From NCBI GenBank assembly GCA_030248215.1, contig JASANG010004131.1, forward strand, positions 124,001-188,000: a DNA stretch of 64,000 nucleotides. Reading direction: 5' to 3'. This document shows, piece after piece, positions 49,598-61,900 of the stretch; position 1 is the first letter of the stretch; each line of letters begins with the position of its first letter. Both the position numbers and the translations under genes were made by a program. Origin of the DNA: Enoplolaimus lenunculus (lineage: Eukaryota). A model generated the notes under the pieces. That model did not search any database, was not told the DNA's origin, and saw only the letters and a program-made list of their open reading frames with translations.

Positions 49598-52500
49598 GTT
49601 TTAACGGCTGTTATATTATTCTACGTTATCGGTGCAAAATTTTGCCTCTAGACTGGTTTCGCTTTCGTTTTCTAACTCTTAGTAAGTTTTCGAATCGAAA
49701 AAAAAGTTTTCGAAAATGAGGGTCTACTTTCCTACGTAAATGAATTCGCAAACAGGTTTTTCGTTTATTAAAAAATTAAAATTTATTTTCGACTGAAATG
49801 AAATAAGTAAAATTCAACAATAAAAATTATATAGTAATAAGTTCTTACTTTCGTGTTATCTACAAATTAGGCAAATTCATTAAAATTGTTAAAAACCTCA
49901 CTCATATAGCTCCGTTTTTGACAAACTCGAAGAATCGCTCTTGATTACAGATCGGAAAGAAAGCCAACCGGGTCGTTCAGTTTCGGTGCAAGAAAGCAAT
50001 GCATATAAATACTGACACAACACAAAGTCAGATGCTCATTTACGTTCGCGATGTCGTAAATATTTCTAGGAATCTACTTATCGGTACGGTATACGTACGA
50101 AGTGGCATGAAACAAAAAAGGTTGGATGGGTTCGAACATAAGATACGTAGTATATACTAACTGCGGTTTGGAACATTTTACATATTATTTTATTTTAGTT
50201 TCTTATCAAGTTCTTGAAGTACTTACAGAAAGGCACTGATCTCGCGATTTCATGGAATTAAAACTCATTGAGAGTTTGGCGAATATGTGTTCCATTGCGA
50301 AGCTTCTATTTTTGTCGAGTTTGCGGCCCGAACCGAACTCCTATAACCATCCTGCTTCGAGAAAGTCCACTTAGCGCTGGGAAAATATTTAGATGGATTG
50401 GTAATATACGTACAAGCATCAGCATAGTTGATTAATTGTAAGGATGAACCACTCATAGATTTATTTTGCAGAATTTGCTTTGAACGTTTTGTAGGCAATT
50501 CTGAAGACTGTGCTGAGAATAAGGCTCAATAAAGTATCGGCTCTGTTCTAACAAGCTAAAGGTTCTTTGATGAGTTTCTAGAATATGTTATTTTATTTGA
50601 GTTTTCGTAACGTTTTTACTTACATAGATTATTTTTATCAAAGGTACCAGGTTTTATATACCATTTTAATTGACTCGCATGAAAAACAATCTTATCACGC
50701 TCGCTTCTCCTTTCAAAAAAATGAAAATCAGAACAAATTACTGTACACGGTATTTTTTATTTTTCCGCTGTTTGCTGTATACGGTATTTTTTATTTTCCC
50801 ACGGTTTGCTGTACGCACTATACAAATACGTATTATGTATATATATCGTACCTCATGTTGACAGTTATCTTTACATGTTCGAACTCGGCTCCGACTGGTA
50901 CTGGCCCCGGACCCGGTAAAAATCCTGGCCCTGGGGTAATTTTAATATATAATAATGGTATGTACTTTAAATGTCTGTTTGCTGGCAACAATTTTCAGAT
51001 ACCTCACATGAGCAAATTGGCGATGATTTTTTTGGTTTTGTAAACCTAAACACCAATCAAATTTGGTTATTTTCAGAATAAAAACTGTGGTTTTGTGTGT
51101 TGAGATCGAGAAAGGTTTTATGCATATATATTAGGGATGTGCCGATTAATCGGCACCGGTAATAATCGGCACTTTTCGTGAGTATCGGCATCGGCACTGC
51201 AAAAAATTGCCGATTCTTTGCCGATACTTTTTGCACATAAGAGTCAGTTGGAATGCTATCAATTTCATTTCTGGGAACACACCAATGTGTCTGCTCATGA
51301 AAATTGTTAATATCTCTTGCGTTTGTGTTCGAAAAAATTAATTGAAATTAACCGTTCTTATAGCAACTTCAGTACAACCTGATAAATAAACTATTTGTTC
51401 AAATTTGGTATTGAGGTTACCGAGTTGATGTATTTTGTTGCTAAGCAGATAGAAAATCATATTTAAATCTGTGTTACTGTACAGACGTTTAATATACATA
51501 CTGTGTTTCTCACTTTGGTTTATTAGATATGGAAAACGATAATATTGTTGCAGATAATATGAATTACGCAATTTATATTCAAGAGTATACTTTTCAGTTG
51601 CCTGAAATGTACTAATATAGCTCGTGTAGATATTTTGGACTTCTATGCTGGCTGAATACCCAACTTCTTGCCAGAATTGAAGTACGAGCAACCTCACTAC
51701 TTAATACGTGGATGAGCTTTTTAATTTTTTCTAATCCCTCCACAGCAAACGTATGTCCCCGGCCTCAGACGCCTTTAGTGCATACATATATATTTTAAGT
51801 TAGTCTTTTCATATGCTTAAGGCACGTACACTATGGTGGTCTTAGTATCAAATCTCATTTCGATAAAAGTTCAAGATTATTGCCGGTCCAGTTTAGTTCA
51901 CTTGACAGTTGGTGCTGGTTTCAATTTGTAAGCGATTTATATTTTGGAATTTGAATGATCGAGAAATAGTTTATGTTGCTATTGTTGATATTATTGTGCA
52001 TGAACGGGCGTTTCCGAAGCTTATAGCATAAAATGACTGTACTATGGTCGTAGCAGTAATATAATGAGTATATAAATTTAAATACATAGTTAAAACTTTT
52101 TGTCAGCGTGTAAATATCTAAATATACATATGTTGAAGTTGAACTTATTTATTCATGATACATGTATATAACCTGACGACGGTATTGGTAATAAGTAATG
52201 GTCTGTTGGTCGAAAAGTTAAAAAATTATAGCTACCAAAGCAGTAAAAATAGGGCTGTTTTTTGTATTCAGAACAGTGAATATGTATCTGAGGAGACTAC
52301 TAGTTAACATTAATCTCAAACTAATAGTAACTAAACAATTTTTAATTTATTTTCAAAAATGTGAAGCATACTATCATAAATACTTTTCAGATGGGGTGGG
52401 CGGGTCACTCCCCAATGCATCTGGCTCTGATCAAAGAGAAAACAATTCATTTACATTTGGTTTGGTATTGGGGCATCCGAACTGGATTGATATAGTTGTT

Positions 52501-52884
52501 GTTTTAATTTTGGATTTGAATATTGGATTTATTTGAGTGCACGAACGTCACTTTAAAAAACAGAATTAGGTATAGGGGTTTTGTGCTGTAATACCCTCGA
52601 GGGCGAATTCGATAGGCGTAAGATGTGTCGGACCATAATAGTGGGGTTGGAATGAATGGCATGTTTACCATTATAGCGTGACTAACGAGTAACTTTTCAG
52701 TATTTTTGTACGATTGGCTTCATTTTGGTTTTCTGCCGTTTTAGAGTAATAGGTTAATTAATTAGTCAGCTAACAAAATACTTTATTGTCGGATTTATTA
52801 TATAATGATGGATAGTGCGTTCAAATTGTTTAGTCTGCTCTGCATTCGTGATTGAATATATTTATATTCGTAGTGGTTTGTCAG

Positions 52885-52917
52885 ATGGAATCGGCTGAAC
52901 AAAAAAAGAATTACAAG
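52885..52917 (+). CDS. OSBPL8: OSBPL8-like exon ([11 protein letters not shown])
   Basis: cag|ATG ... AAG|gtaagt. Confidence 0.7.
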
Positions 52918-55900
52918 GTAAGTTTTTGTTTTTTATTCACTGTAGTCTGATTTAGCAAAGGCAAGTGCTGGCTTACACTGAAGCCAGAGTTGTGAACATG
53001 AAATTGTTTTTATCTCTGGTTTGTGAAACGATTCGTGTGAAGCATTTTTGGTCAATGGAAATATTTTTCACTAATTTGGACTCCACAGTTGTTTGCTTGC
53101 CAGGAAATATTTTTGGTGTGCGGTGGGACAGTATGTACATTGCACAGCGTTTCAAATGACATTTACGGAACGGAACGTAGAAACTCAGTAGAGTTATTTG
53201 TTTCGTTCTTTTTGTTCAGCTGCAAAAACAAAACTATCGCCATGAGAAAAAGAGGGCGGCGGCCGAATTGCTTGCAACGCTTAAGGACCCAACCATTGTT
53301 GTGATGGCCGATTGGCTCAAATTGCGCTCAACTCTACGCAAATGGACCCGGCTGTATGTTGTACTTAAACCTGGTTTGTTGATACTGTACAAAAGTCCTA
53401 AAACACATAAGGTAAGTTAGTAGTGTTTTATCGTGTTTCGGTGATGGAAGTGTGATGGAGGATCATGTCGTATTTATTTGCATCTTTTTAAGGGTTGATA
53501 AATTTTCAGCATAAAAGGACATTTTTCTGAGTGAGTTGGTTGTTGGTCACGCTCATATTAATTTATTATTTGGGCCCTGCCCTTTCGGGAGAGAATAAAG
53601 AAACTGCGTGACATTGAAATTGGAAGGCTTATGCTTAGACTTAGAATTATGCTTATGGTTAGGCTTGTGCCTGGGCTTCGATTTAGGCTTAGATTGAAAC
53701 TTGTGTGCCGGGCAAGCCCCTACTATCGGCACGGGCCATCGGTTATATGAAGTTTAAGTTTTATGAGCAAAGGTTTCACTAGTGCGTCATGTTGAATACT
53801 TTGCTGAGGTGGTTTTTCTATTTGATAGCTGCTGAATTCATTCTCAGCTTGTCAGCATTTAGCAAGGGCTACTTAAGTGTTTACTGCCATTCATTTGGCA
53901 CCTAAAATATTCTATTATAGTAAATCAATTCATGTTTGGGGTAAAATATGACTTTCCGATATTGCTTACGTACTTTAAAAAGTTTAGAAGTAAGTATTAA
54001 TATCAAGATTAAGTATTAATATCAAGATTTCAGTAATGCGTTCAGAATTTTTTACAGTGATTTTGTGCTTGACGAGTTCATTATTATTGTTTTAGCCTGG
54101 ATACTGGGTTGGCACAGTAATTTTGAACTCGTGTCAGTTGATTGAGCGACCTTCGAAGAAAGATGGTTTTTGTTTTAAAATATTTCATCCGCTCGATCAA
54201 AATATTTGGGCTACACGAGTAAGTTTGAACTACACAAACAGATTAACTGGGCAATACTCAAACTGCTAGAGGTTTTATACGGTTGGTGTTTGAAACCAGG
54301 ATTTAATGCGGGTGTTATTAAATCAGATTACTAACAATATAATACTACGTCTTGTGGTAGCGCTATGGTTATCGCGCGGCGCCTCCTGTCCTGTCCGTCA
54401 CTGTGCTGTATTGTACACAAGCAATTCTTGTACGATACCGCATGCTAACGGGCGATGGTGTACGTACTGTAACTGACGAATTAAACTTTTTTAAAAATAT
54501 AGGGCCACTCTTACTTACTCTTAGTGCGGTATACTAATTTTGTATTTTGTTTATTTTGTAAATTTCGGTTTATCCGGTCAATGTTAAACATTTTTCTTGC
54601 AGGGTCCTCATGGTGAATCTATTCCTGCAGTCAGTATGCCGCTTCCAAATTCATATTTAATCAGTCGTGCAAGTGAAGAAGATGTTGGTGAGTAATGATT
54701 TCTATTTGAAAACATATTATTAAGGTCAGGGTCAGCCTCCGCCGAAAATATTCTGGCACTGTGAGTGGTACGTAATACATACCAATATATTCGTAGGAAA
54801 TGATGTTATAGATTTTTATTTACACAGTAATAAATTTATGTGGAAACATATTGTGTATTTTTCTAAAAACGCTTCAGTGCATATTTTTAAGTGGCCGCTG
54901 TATTATTTTATGTAGCCATTTTTTGAATATGTTTTGTTTAGGCGCAGCTTAATATGTAGTTGCTTGTAGTAGTGTTTTTATAGTGGTTTTCCGGGATATC
55001 CGGCGTTTTTTATCTTTTGTTGTTTTAATTTGTGCTTTGATTGGCCAAGTAGTGGATTTGAGTTGTATTTTAGAACTACATACATAGAGGAATGACAAGT
55101 TCTTGTCTGTCGTATTTGCTTGTTTATAACAAAAATCTGCTACTACTGCTTATAAGAAATATTTGTATTTTAATAAATACCGGTAGTAGAGCGACAGAGC
55201 GGCACAAATCCTTAAATACTATGGCAGAAACTAATTTTTGTGTTACTTTGATAGCTATATCAATTATATATTAAAGCTCTTTTTGGTATGATGTATCTAG
55301 TGCTGTAATTATAAAAAGGCAGGTGAGTTGCATAATACGTTTTGGCGTGATATGCATGAATCTTAATATACTCACCGGTATTAGTATTTCCTTACATTTT
55401 ACAGCTTTGAATATGTGAGAATTATTGCGCAGAATACTACATATTATTGTGAATTCATTAGGTATCTATTTATAGGGCGTTGCTGGATGGACGCACTCGA
55501 ACTTGCGCTTCGGTGTAGTAATCTTTTGACGCGTACTATGCATCGTGAGTTGCGCAACGAATCTAGTCTTCCGATGCCGACTGCTGCTGGTGCAGGTAGC
55601 ACGGTGATTACTGGAAATGGCGGTACCGGAAGTAGTGGATACCTGGCCGAATGCGGTAGCGGAGGTGGTGATTTGGGTACTACAATAATTGACGGAACCC
55701 AAGCGTCGAACGATCCGTACCAGTGGTTTCAACAACAACGTAATCATCAGCGAACTGCGTCGGTAACTATTATAGGTGATAATAGCGGATTGAAAAATGA
55801 TTCTGGAGACGGAGGAGATTTGGGCCCTCATCATGTTTCAGGTAAGGCTTAACGTTTTGCGATTTTGATCCTGCTAGTTAGTTTAAATATTAAGACGCCA

Positions 55901-58900
55901 GGCTTGAATTAATCTTCAATGCTGTGCTAAACTTAAAAGTTAACTGAGTCAAGAATACGTACTATAAACAAGGTTTAAAATAGTTGTCTCTTTACCACTG
56001 ACTGATTTCATCACAGTGTTGAGGGCATTAGTTTCAATCATACACATCAGAGTTTGTCAAGTTTGGCAATACACGATTAAGCTGCTTGCTGAATTTCAAA
56101 TTCATCGAAACCGTCAAAGTCCAACGTAGGTTCTTCACCCTGATCAGTCTGGAACTCAGCGGAAGTGCTTGGCAATGGTTCATCAGATAGATCCCGTGAT
56201 ATTTTATAGCGACCACGAACGGAAGTGTCGTTCCAAATCTAAAGAATACATATAGCTATGTAACTAAAGCTGGTGCTTCGCTAGTGAGGACCCCAATAAG
56301 TGCATCCACTAAGTTTTAATAACCTCAAAAGAGCTTACATCTTCGAAGATTTGAAAATCTCAAGATCCAAAGCTTTAAATTAAAGTTTTAAAATCAAAAT
56401 TTTTCTAACCTGGAAAGCACGAGCGTAATCAAACTTAGAAAAATGACTGGCATTGAGTCGGAGTCGCATGAGACAATACACACTAAATACACTAAAACAT
56501 TAAACATTAAGCATGTGTTAGCAAGCCGCGCACGAACAAAAACAACCCAGTAATTTTTCTAGCTAAAACATTGTCCAAAATCAAGCTAGATAGTCGATAT
56601 AGTGGTGCCATCGATTATATATGAGATGTGAATTATAAACTAGACCAGTTTGTCAAAAATGAAGCAATTATTAAATGTGTTTAAATATTAGAGAAAATTT
56701 TTTTATGCAAGGTGGCAAAATTTACATATTTTTTGCTGCTCTAAGTGCTTGTTTTTAAAAAAATTGAAAATGCACCGTTTGAGCCGAAAATGCACACTCT
56801 TTTGCACACCTCGGACTTTTGAAAAAAAATCCCTGAAGTGAAGGCGTGTGTGGTTTATCTGCAACTTAGAAATGTTTTACCCAATCCAATGTTTTGGAGT
56901 CATGGCTTAAAGAAATATGCTACTTCAGGTTCATCAACGTCTGATCTAAACGGAACTGGAGTGGTTGGCGTAAGTATGCGGCATTCGGCTAAGAGAACGT
57001 CATTTTCACCGTCGTACAGTGTTGGGTTTTATAATGGTGGGGGTGGAAATGTCAACATGACCGGTGGTGTCGATAGTGATGACTATGCGTCTGGTAGTGG
57101 TCGTGATGCGTTCGATAGTTCGGCAGACGATGATTTACAATTATTGTCGAAGCCTGTTGCGAGTTCGCCGATGGTCACTGCAGATGAAGCTGAACGCCAT
57201 TTTAGTCATGATGAGTTGGGTAAATATTCGTGTCCTTGCAGCAGTGTGGCAGAGAAACGTAATACGAACATTATTTTACAAAAAAATTGTTTGGATAAGC
57301 AGATATTATAGGTTTGGGATTGTTTTAAAACCTGCTTGGGCCTGGCTGTTCTGGTTATAAATCCGCAGGACCCTGTATGTTGACAGTAGTGTTAAAGGTA
57401 GAATATCAAGGTTTTTTGACTAGGTTTCAGGGGCAGTCTCTAAGGTTAAAATTCCCCAACTTATTTCCAGTGTGTATTAACGCAATTTTTTGAAGCCGTG
57501 ATGCAACTACCATAAGTTCAATCTCCTATGGCTCTTTTGATTTATGTTTGTTAAATATTTTGGCCATCTTCCAGCCAGTGTCAGTAATATTGGATAGTGT
57601 ATTTTAGGCCTGGGAGATGAAGAAGCTAGTGAGAGTGACGAGGGCATGCCTGCTAAGCTTGAGTCTGAAAAGATCCAGGAAACTTTGTATGAACCATCAC
57701 CCCCGGAAGTGTTTGGAGAGGTCAGTTTGTTTGTTTTAACGATTTATTAGCCATATTTATTATTATTAGTATTGTTATTATTATTATTATTATTTTGATT
57801 TTTTTGTTAGAAGTTTAAGCACATGTTTGTAGGAAAGGTTTGTTTAATTTTATTTGTATTTTTTCGTCACACAAGTGTTATTTCTGGAAGTCGTTGGTGT
57901 TAGCACATTGTATTAACTCATTGTGTGGTTTCAGCTTGGTGACAAAGAACAGACTGAAGAAGTTGCAGATGAAAATAAAAGCATCATTTGGTCCCTTATG
58001 AAACAGGTTAATGTTTGAACCGTTTTAATTCCTGTTTGCGGAATAAGTAGGTTATGCCAGTAATCCATGCATCCGACTGTTTTTAACTTACCGTTTATTT
58101 CGTCTTGGGCTGTGGTTTTACTTCTGCGATAATTTATTCACGATATGATACTATTTTTTATGTTTTTTCAGAACTGCTGGGCCATATTTACATTCTGTTA
58201 ATCATACTACTTAATTTTTAGAACTTAGCTGATTTTTTACCTCTTATAATGAAGAGATTTAACAAATAAGTTATGTTGCAGGATGAATAGAATTAATAGA
58301 CTTGTCCAATTTAAATTTTGTTCAGCAGGGTTTGTAATAAATTTATATAGCTTATTAAAATGTTATAGGTTCGGCCTGGAATGGATCTAAGCAAAGTCGT
58401 TCTGCCAACGTTCATTCTTGAACCGCGATCGTTTCTTGAGAAGCTTGCAGATTATTACTATCATGCTGATTTGTTAAAAACGTATGTAACAAGCATTATA
58501 GATCATACACCGTATTTGTCAGACAGCGAAGACGGAACTTAAAGAAGTTTTAGTTTCATTGTAATAAATTTTCCACCAGTTCTATTCGAATAGATTTTAA
58601 AGTCGTACTAACCTTGGTTTGTATACGCTGTGGAAACGCGTTTGTTAATGTAGATGTTATTTTGTATTTTTGTTTTTATTGCTTTTAGAGCTGCAATGGA
58701 GAACGACCCATTCAAGCGTATGAAAGCTGTAACGAAATTTTATTTGTCAGGATTTTACAAGAAACCGAAGGTAAGTTAATTTTTAGCAATGAGTTAACTA
58801 TATGTGGGGGTGAAAACTAAGCGCAGTTGCAAGTATACAGAGTTATGTTATTGCTTGTGTATCGATGAAGTCAGATTACTGCTGTGGAGACAAAATATTT

Positions 58901-61900
58901 TATCTTAACTGAAAGAACTACGAGTATTGAAAACCAAGTTGATTATCGTGTGAAACTGAATCTTCAAAGGAGCCCAAGAGAATTATCATGCAAAAATGTT
59001 TTCAACCTTTGTTTAAATATTTTAGGTAATGTTAAAGTACGCATGCAATTTTCACTTTGCAGTCTGTAGGGAAATGCTCTGGGCAAAGGATACAGAGTAG
59101 TGTGAATCAGGATTATAAAGAAGTCTTGGAAAACAGTTTATGTTGTTCGGGCAACCGACATTGTTAAACGTTTCAGGGCCTTAAAAAGCCGTATAATCCC
59201 ATATTGGGAGAGACGTTTCGGTGCTGCTGGAAAGGCAACTCCGAAGACGGCAGAACATTTTATGTTGCAGAACAAGTAAGTAATGCGAGGTGTAATCGGA
59301 ATTTTTTCATAAAGAGTATAACGCTTATTGTATTCGACCATCAAAATAGATGAACGGTGGTTTAACGTGCTTCGTCAGTATACCTAACAAAAATTATACG
59401 GTCTCTAAATGCGAAAAATACACAGATATAGCTGCTGTGTGCAGTAGTTTTGTTTTGTGATTATTGAAGCTAAAGAACTAAAAAGCTTTTTATTCCAATG
59501 ATGTTCTTGTGTTTTATACATTTAGGTGTCTCATCACCCTCCAGTATCTGCATTTTTTGTTACGAATCGAAAATCTGGCTACAACATTGCAGGAACAATT
59601 CTTCCAAAATCAAAATTTTATGGTACTGAACTATTTTGAATTTTAAATAAAAAACGAATCGGTGAAATCTAATTTGTTGTTTGTCTCTACAAGTTTTGTT
59701 AGGTCTAGTACAGGGTGCACCCGAAATTACGCTTCCGCGTCCTCCATTTTTTCACCTTCCGTAAATATTCCGGTAGTATTAAATTTTGGTCGATTTTTTA
59801 AATTTGTTAATCATTAAGAAGCCTTTATACAGCCACTGGTTCAATTAATGACGATAAAAATAGAATAGATTAAATTAGTATAGTATATAGAGTTTGATAA
59901 GCACCGAAACTAATGATCGAAAGTAGATTTCGTTTCCGTGGATAGGGAAAATCTAAAATACAGCAGATTAAATAGTTATTTATATTCAGCAATGGTGAAT
60001 TCACCAATAATACAGCAAAAAAGAAATAATAATAACTAATTTTTCCATTGCATGTATTTTCCACTTTCCGATTCCGGTAATTTTTTCGAATTCCGGTTTC
60101 GCTTAATTGTAATTTTGGTTGCACCCAGGTCTAGTATGGCGGTACAATCGTGTATACGTTCTTCGCAACAATGAGCTTAAGCAGGATAAACTTGCAGCTG
60201 TAGTACCAGATCGAAATAGCGCTTAGTCTTATTTAAATTTATGAAAGGTGATTTAATTTGCTTTATCAATACGGTCAACAAAAATTAAACGTTCCGTAAA
60301 TACAAAAAATACATAAGTATGTGCACACGCTCGATGACATCAATTGTGTAGGCTGCTTGAAAACGATTTTGTTTTTAAGTATTGCAACTTGCAAGTACAA
60401 GTTTTGCAGCGAGAACTGATAGCTACTACTTCGCCGCGTGAGTTTGGTTCGAAGTTGTTGCTGCCATAGTGTGGGCTCATGTACATTTCCCACACCCCAC
60501 ATCTAAGGTTAAGTATTAGGCTTGGGCAAACACATCGGTGAAGTTATAGTCTCGGGTAAACCTTTTTAAGTACCTAAGCGTAATTGTATGGGAATGTGTG
60601 CAAGACCCAGCACGGTTTTATGTTTTGTGTGTTGTTAGCGACACGGCGTTGAACGCTTTGTTACAATTTGAGGTAATTCCTTATCTGCTGTGATGAATGG
60701 AACAGTCCACATAACGTTACTCGATCGTGGTGAAACTTACACTGCAACATTGCCCTACGCGTATTGTAAAGGATTGATTTTGGGTACCTTGTGTATGGAG
60801 CTTGGAGGCAATGTTAGCATACATTGTGATCGAACTGGATACTCAACTACGCTGGAATTTAAACTGAAGGTATGCCAGAAAATAGTATTTTAATTGTAAG
60901 TATGCAAGCCAGTAGTAATATGCTGAGGTTCAGTAAAATCTGTGTCTTGTTGCTTGTTTTGTTTTGATAGAAGATAGATTGAAGCTGCAGGTTGCCGTTC
61001 TTATGTCGTATTTAAAAACCCCTACGGGAGTTTCATGAGGTAATAAACTTTGCTGAAGCTTAAAAAATTCGGAACAGTGGCTGATGAATTTCACCAAAGT
61101 GTGTTTTACATTTAAGCCTTGGTTGGGCGGTTCGGATACAATGAATGCAATCAGCGGAAAAGTCAAAGTCGGTAAAGACTCGGTGGCGGATATCGAAGGC
61201 CATTGGGATTCTGTGATCAAATTTCATGACAGAATCAACGGGGTAAGCCTGTGTGTACAAAGATTGTGAAATATAAAGACAGTCATGTCTGAGAAAATGT
61301 CGTCCACAGATAGTAATATGATGTTTTGCAGTATAGCATTTTATCGTGATTTGCAAACCTTACCATTATCAATCCTAAGTAGGTAGCTAACTACGGTTAA
61401 CTCTAAACTTAGTCCTGATATTCTTTGAAAAATCGTAAGTGCAGGCAAATTTTGTAATGTTTTAGGCTAGGGAAAAAGTTAGTTTTTGAGACAGGTTCGT
61501 GAAATGGCGTTTGTAAAATATGTGCGTTGGCATTTTCTGTTGATATTCTACGCTTCAGACAACCGAAGTATTATGGGAACCAACACAAGATACGATAGAT
61601 TCACGAATGAAGCGATTCACTGTTCCACTTGATAAACAAAAACCGACCGAGTCCCAAAGGTGCCGTATGTTTTCAGCATTTCACACTTGATGTTTATGAT
61701 ATTGCTGATGTTAGTTAAGGCCTTAGTTTTTTCCAGCGAGTGTAGCTATCAGTGCTATTTGTGTGATATCAGTCAAAAGTGGTTAAAATATATACGATCT
61801 TAACTGCATTTACTCGTAACAGGATTGGTTTTTTGCGAAGAAAATTATTTCTAGGAAGTTAGCTTTACGTTTTGAAAACATAAAAAATTCTTATAACGGT

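Noticed and set aside
54352..54470. HDV-like ribozyme (cctcct core)
   Set aside because: I could not build the P1/P2/P3 nested pseudoknot; it looks more like a SINE fragment.
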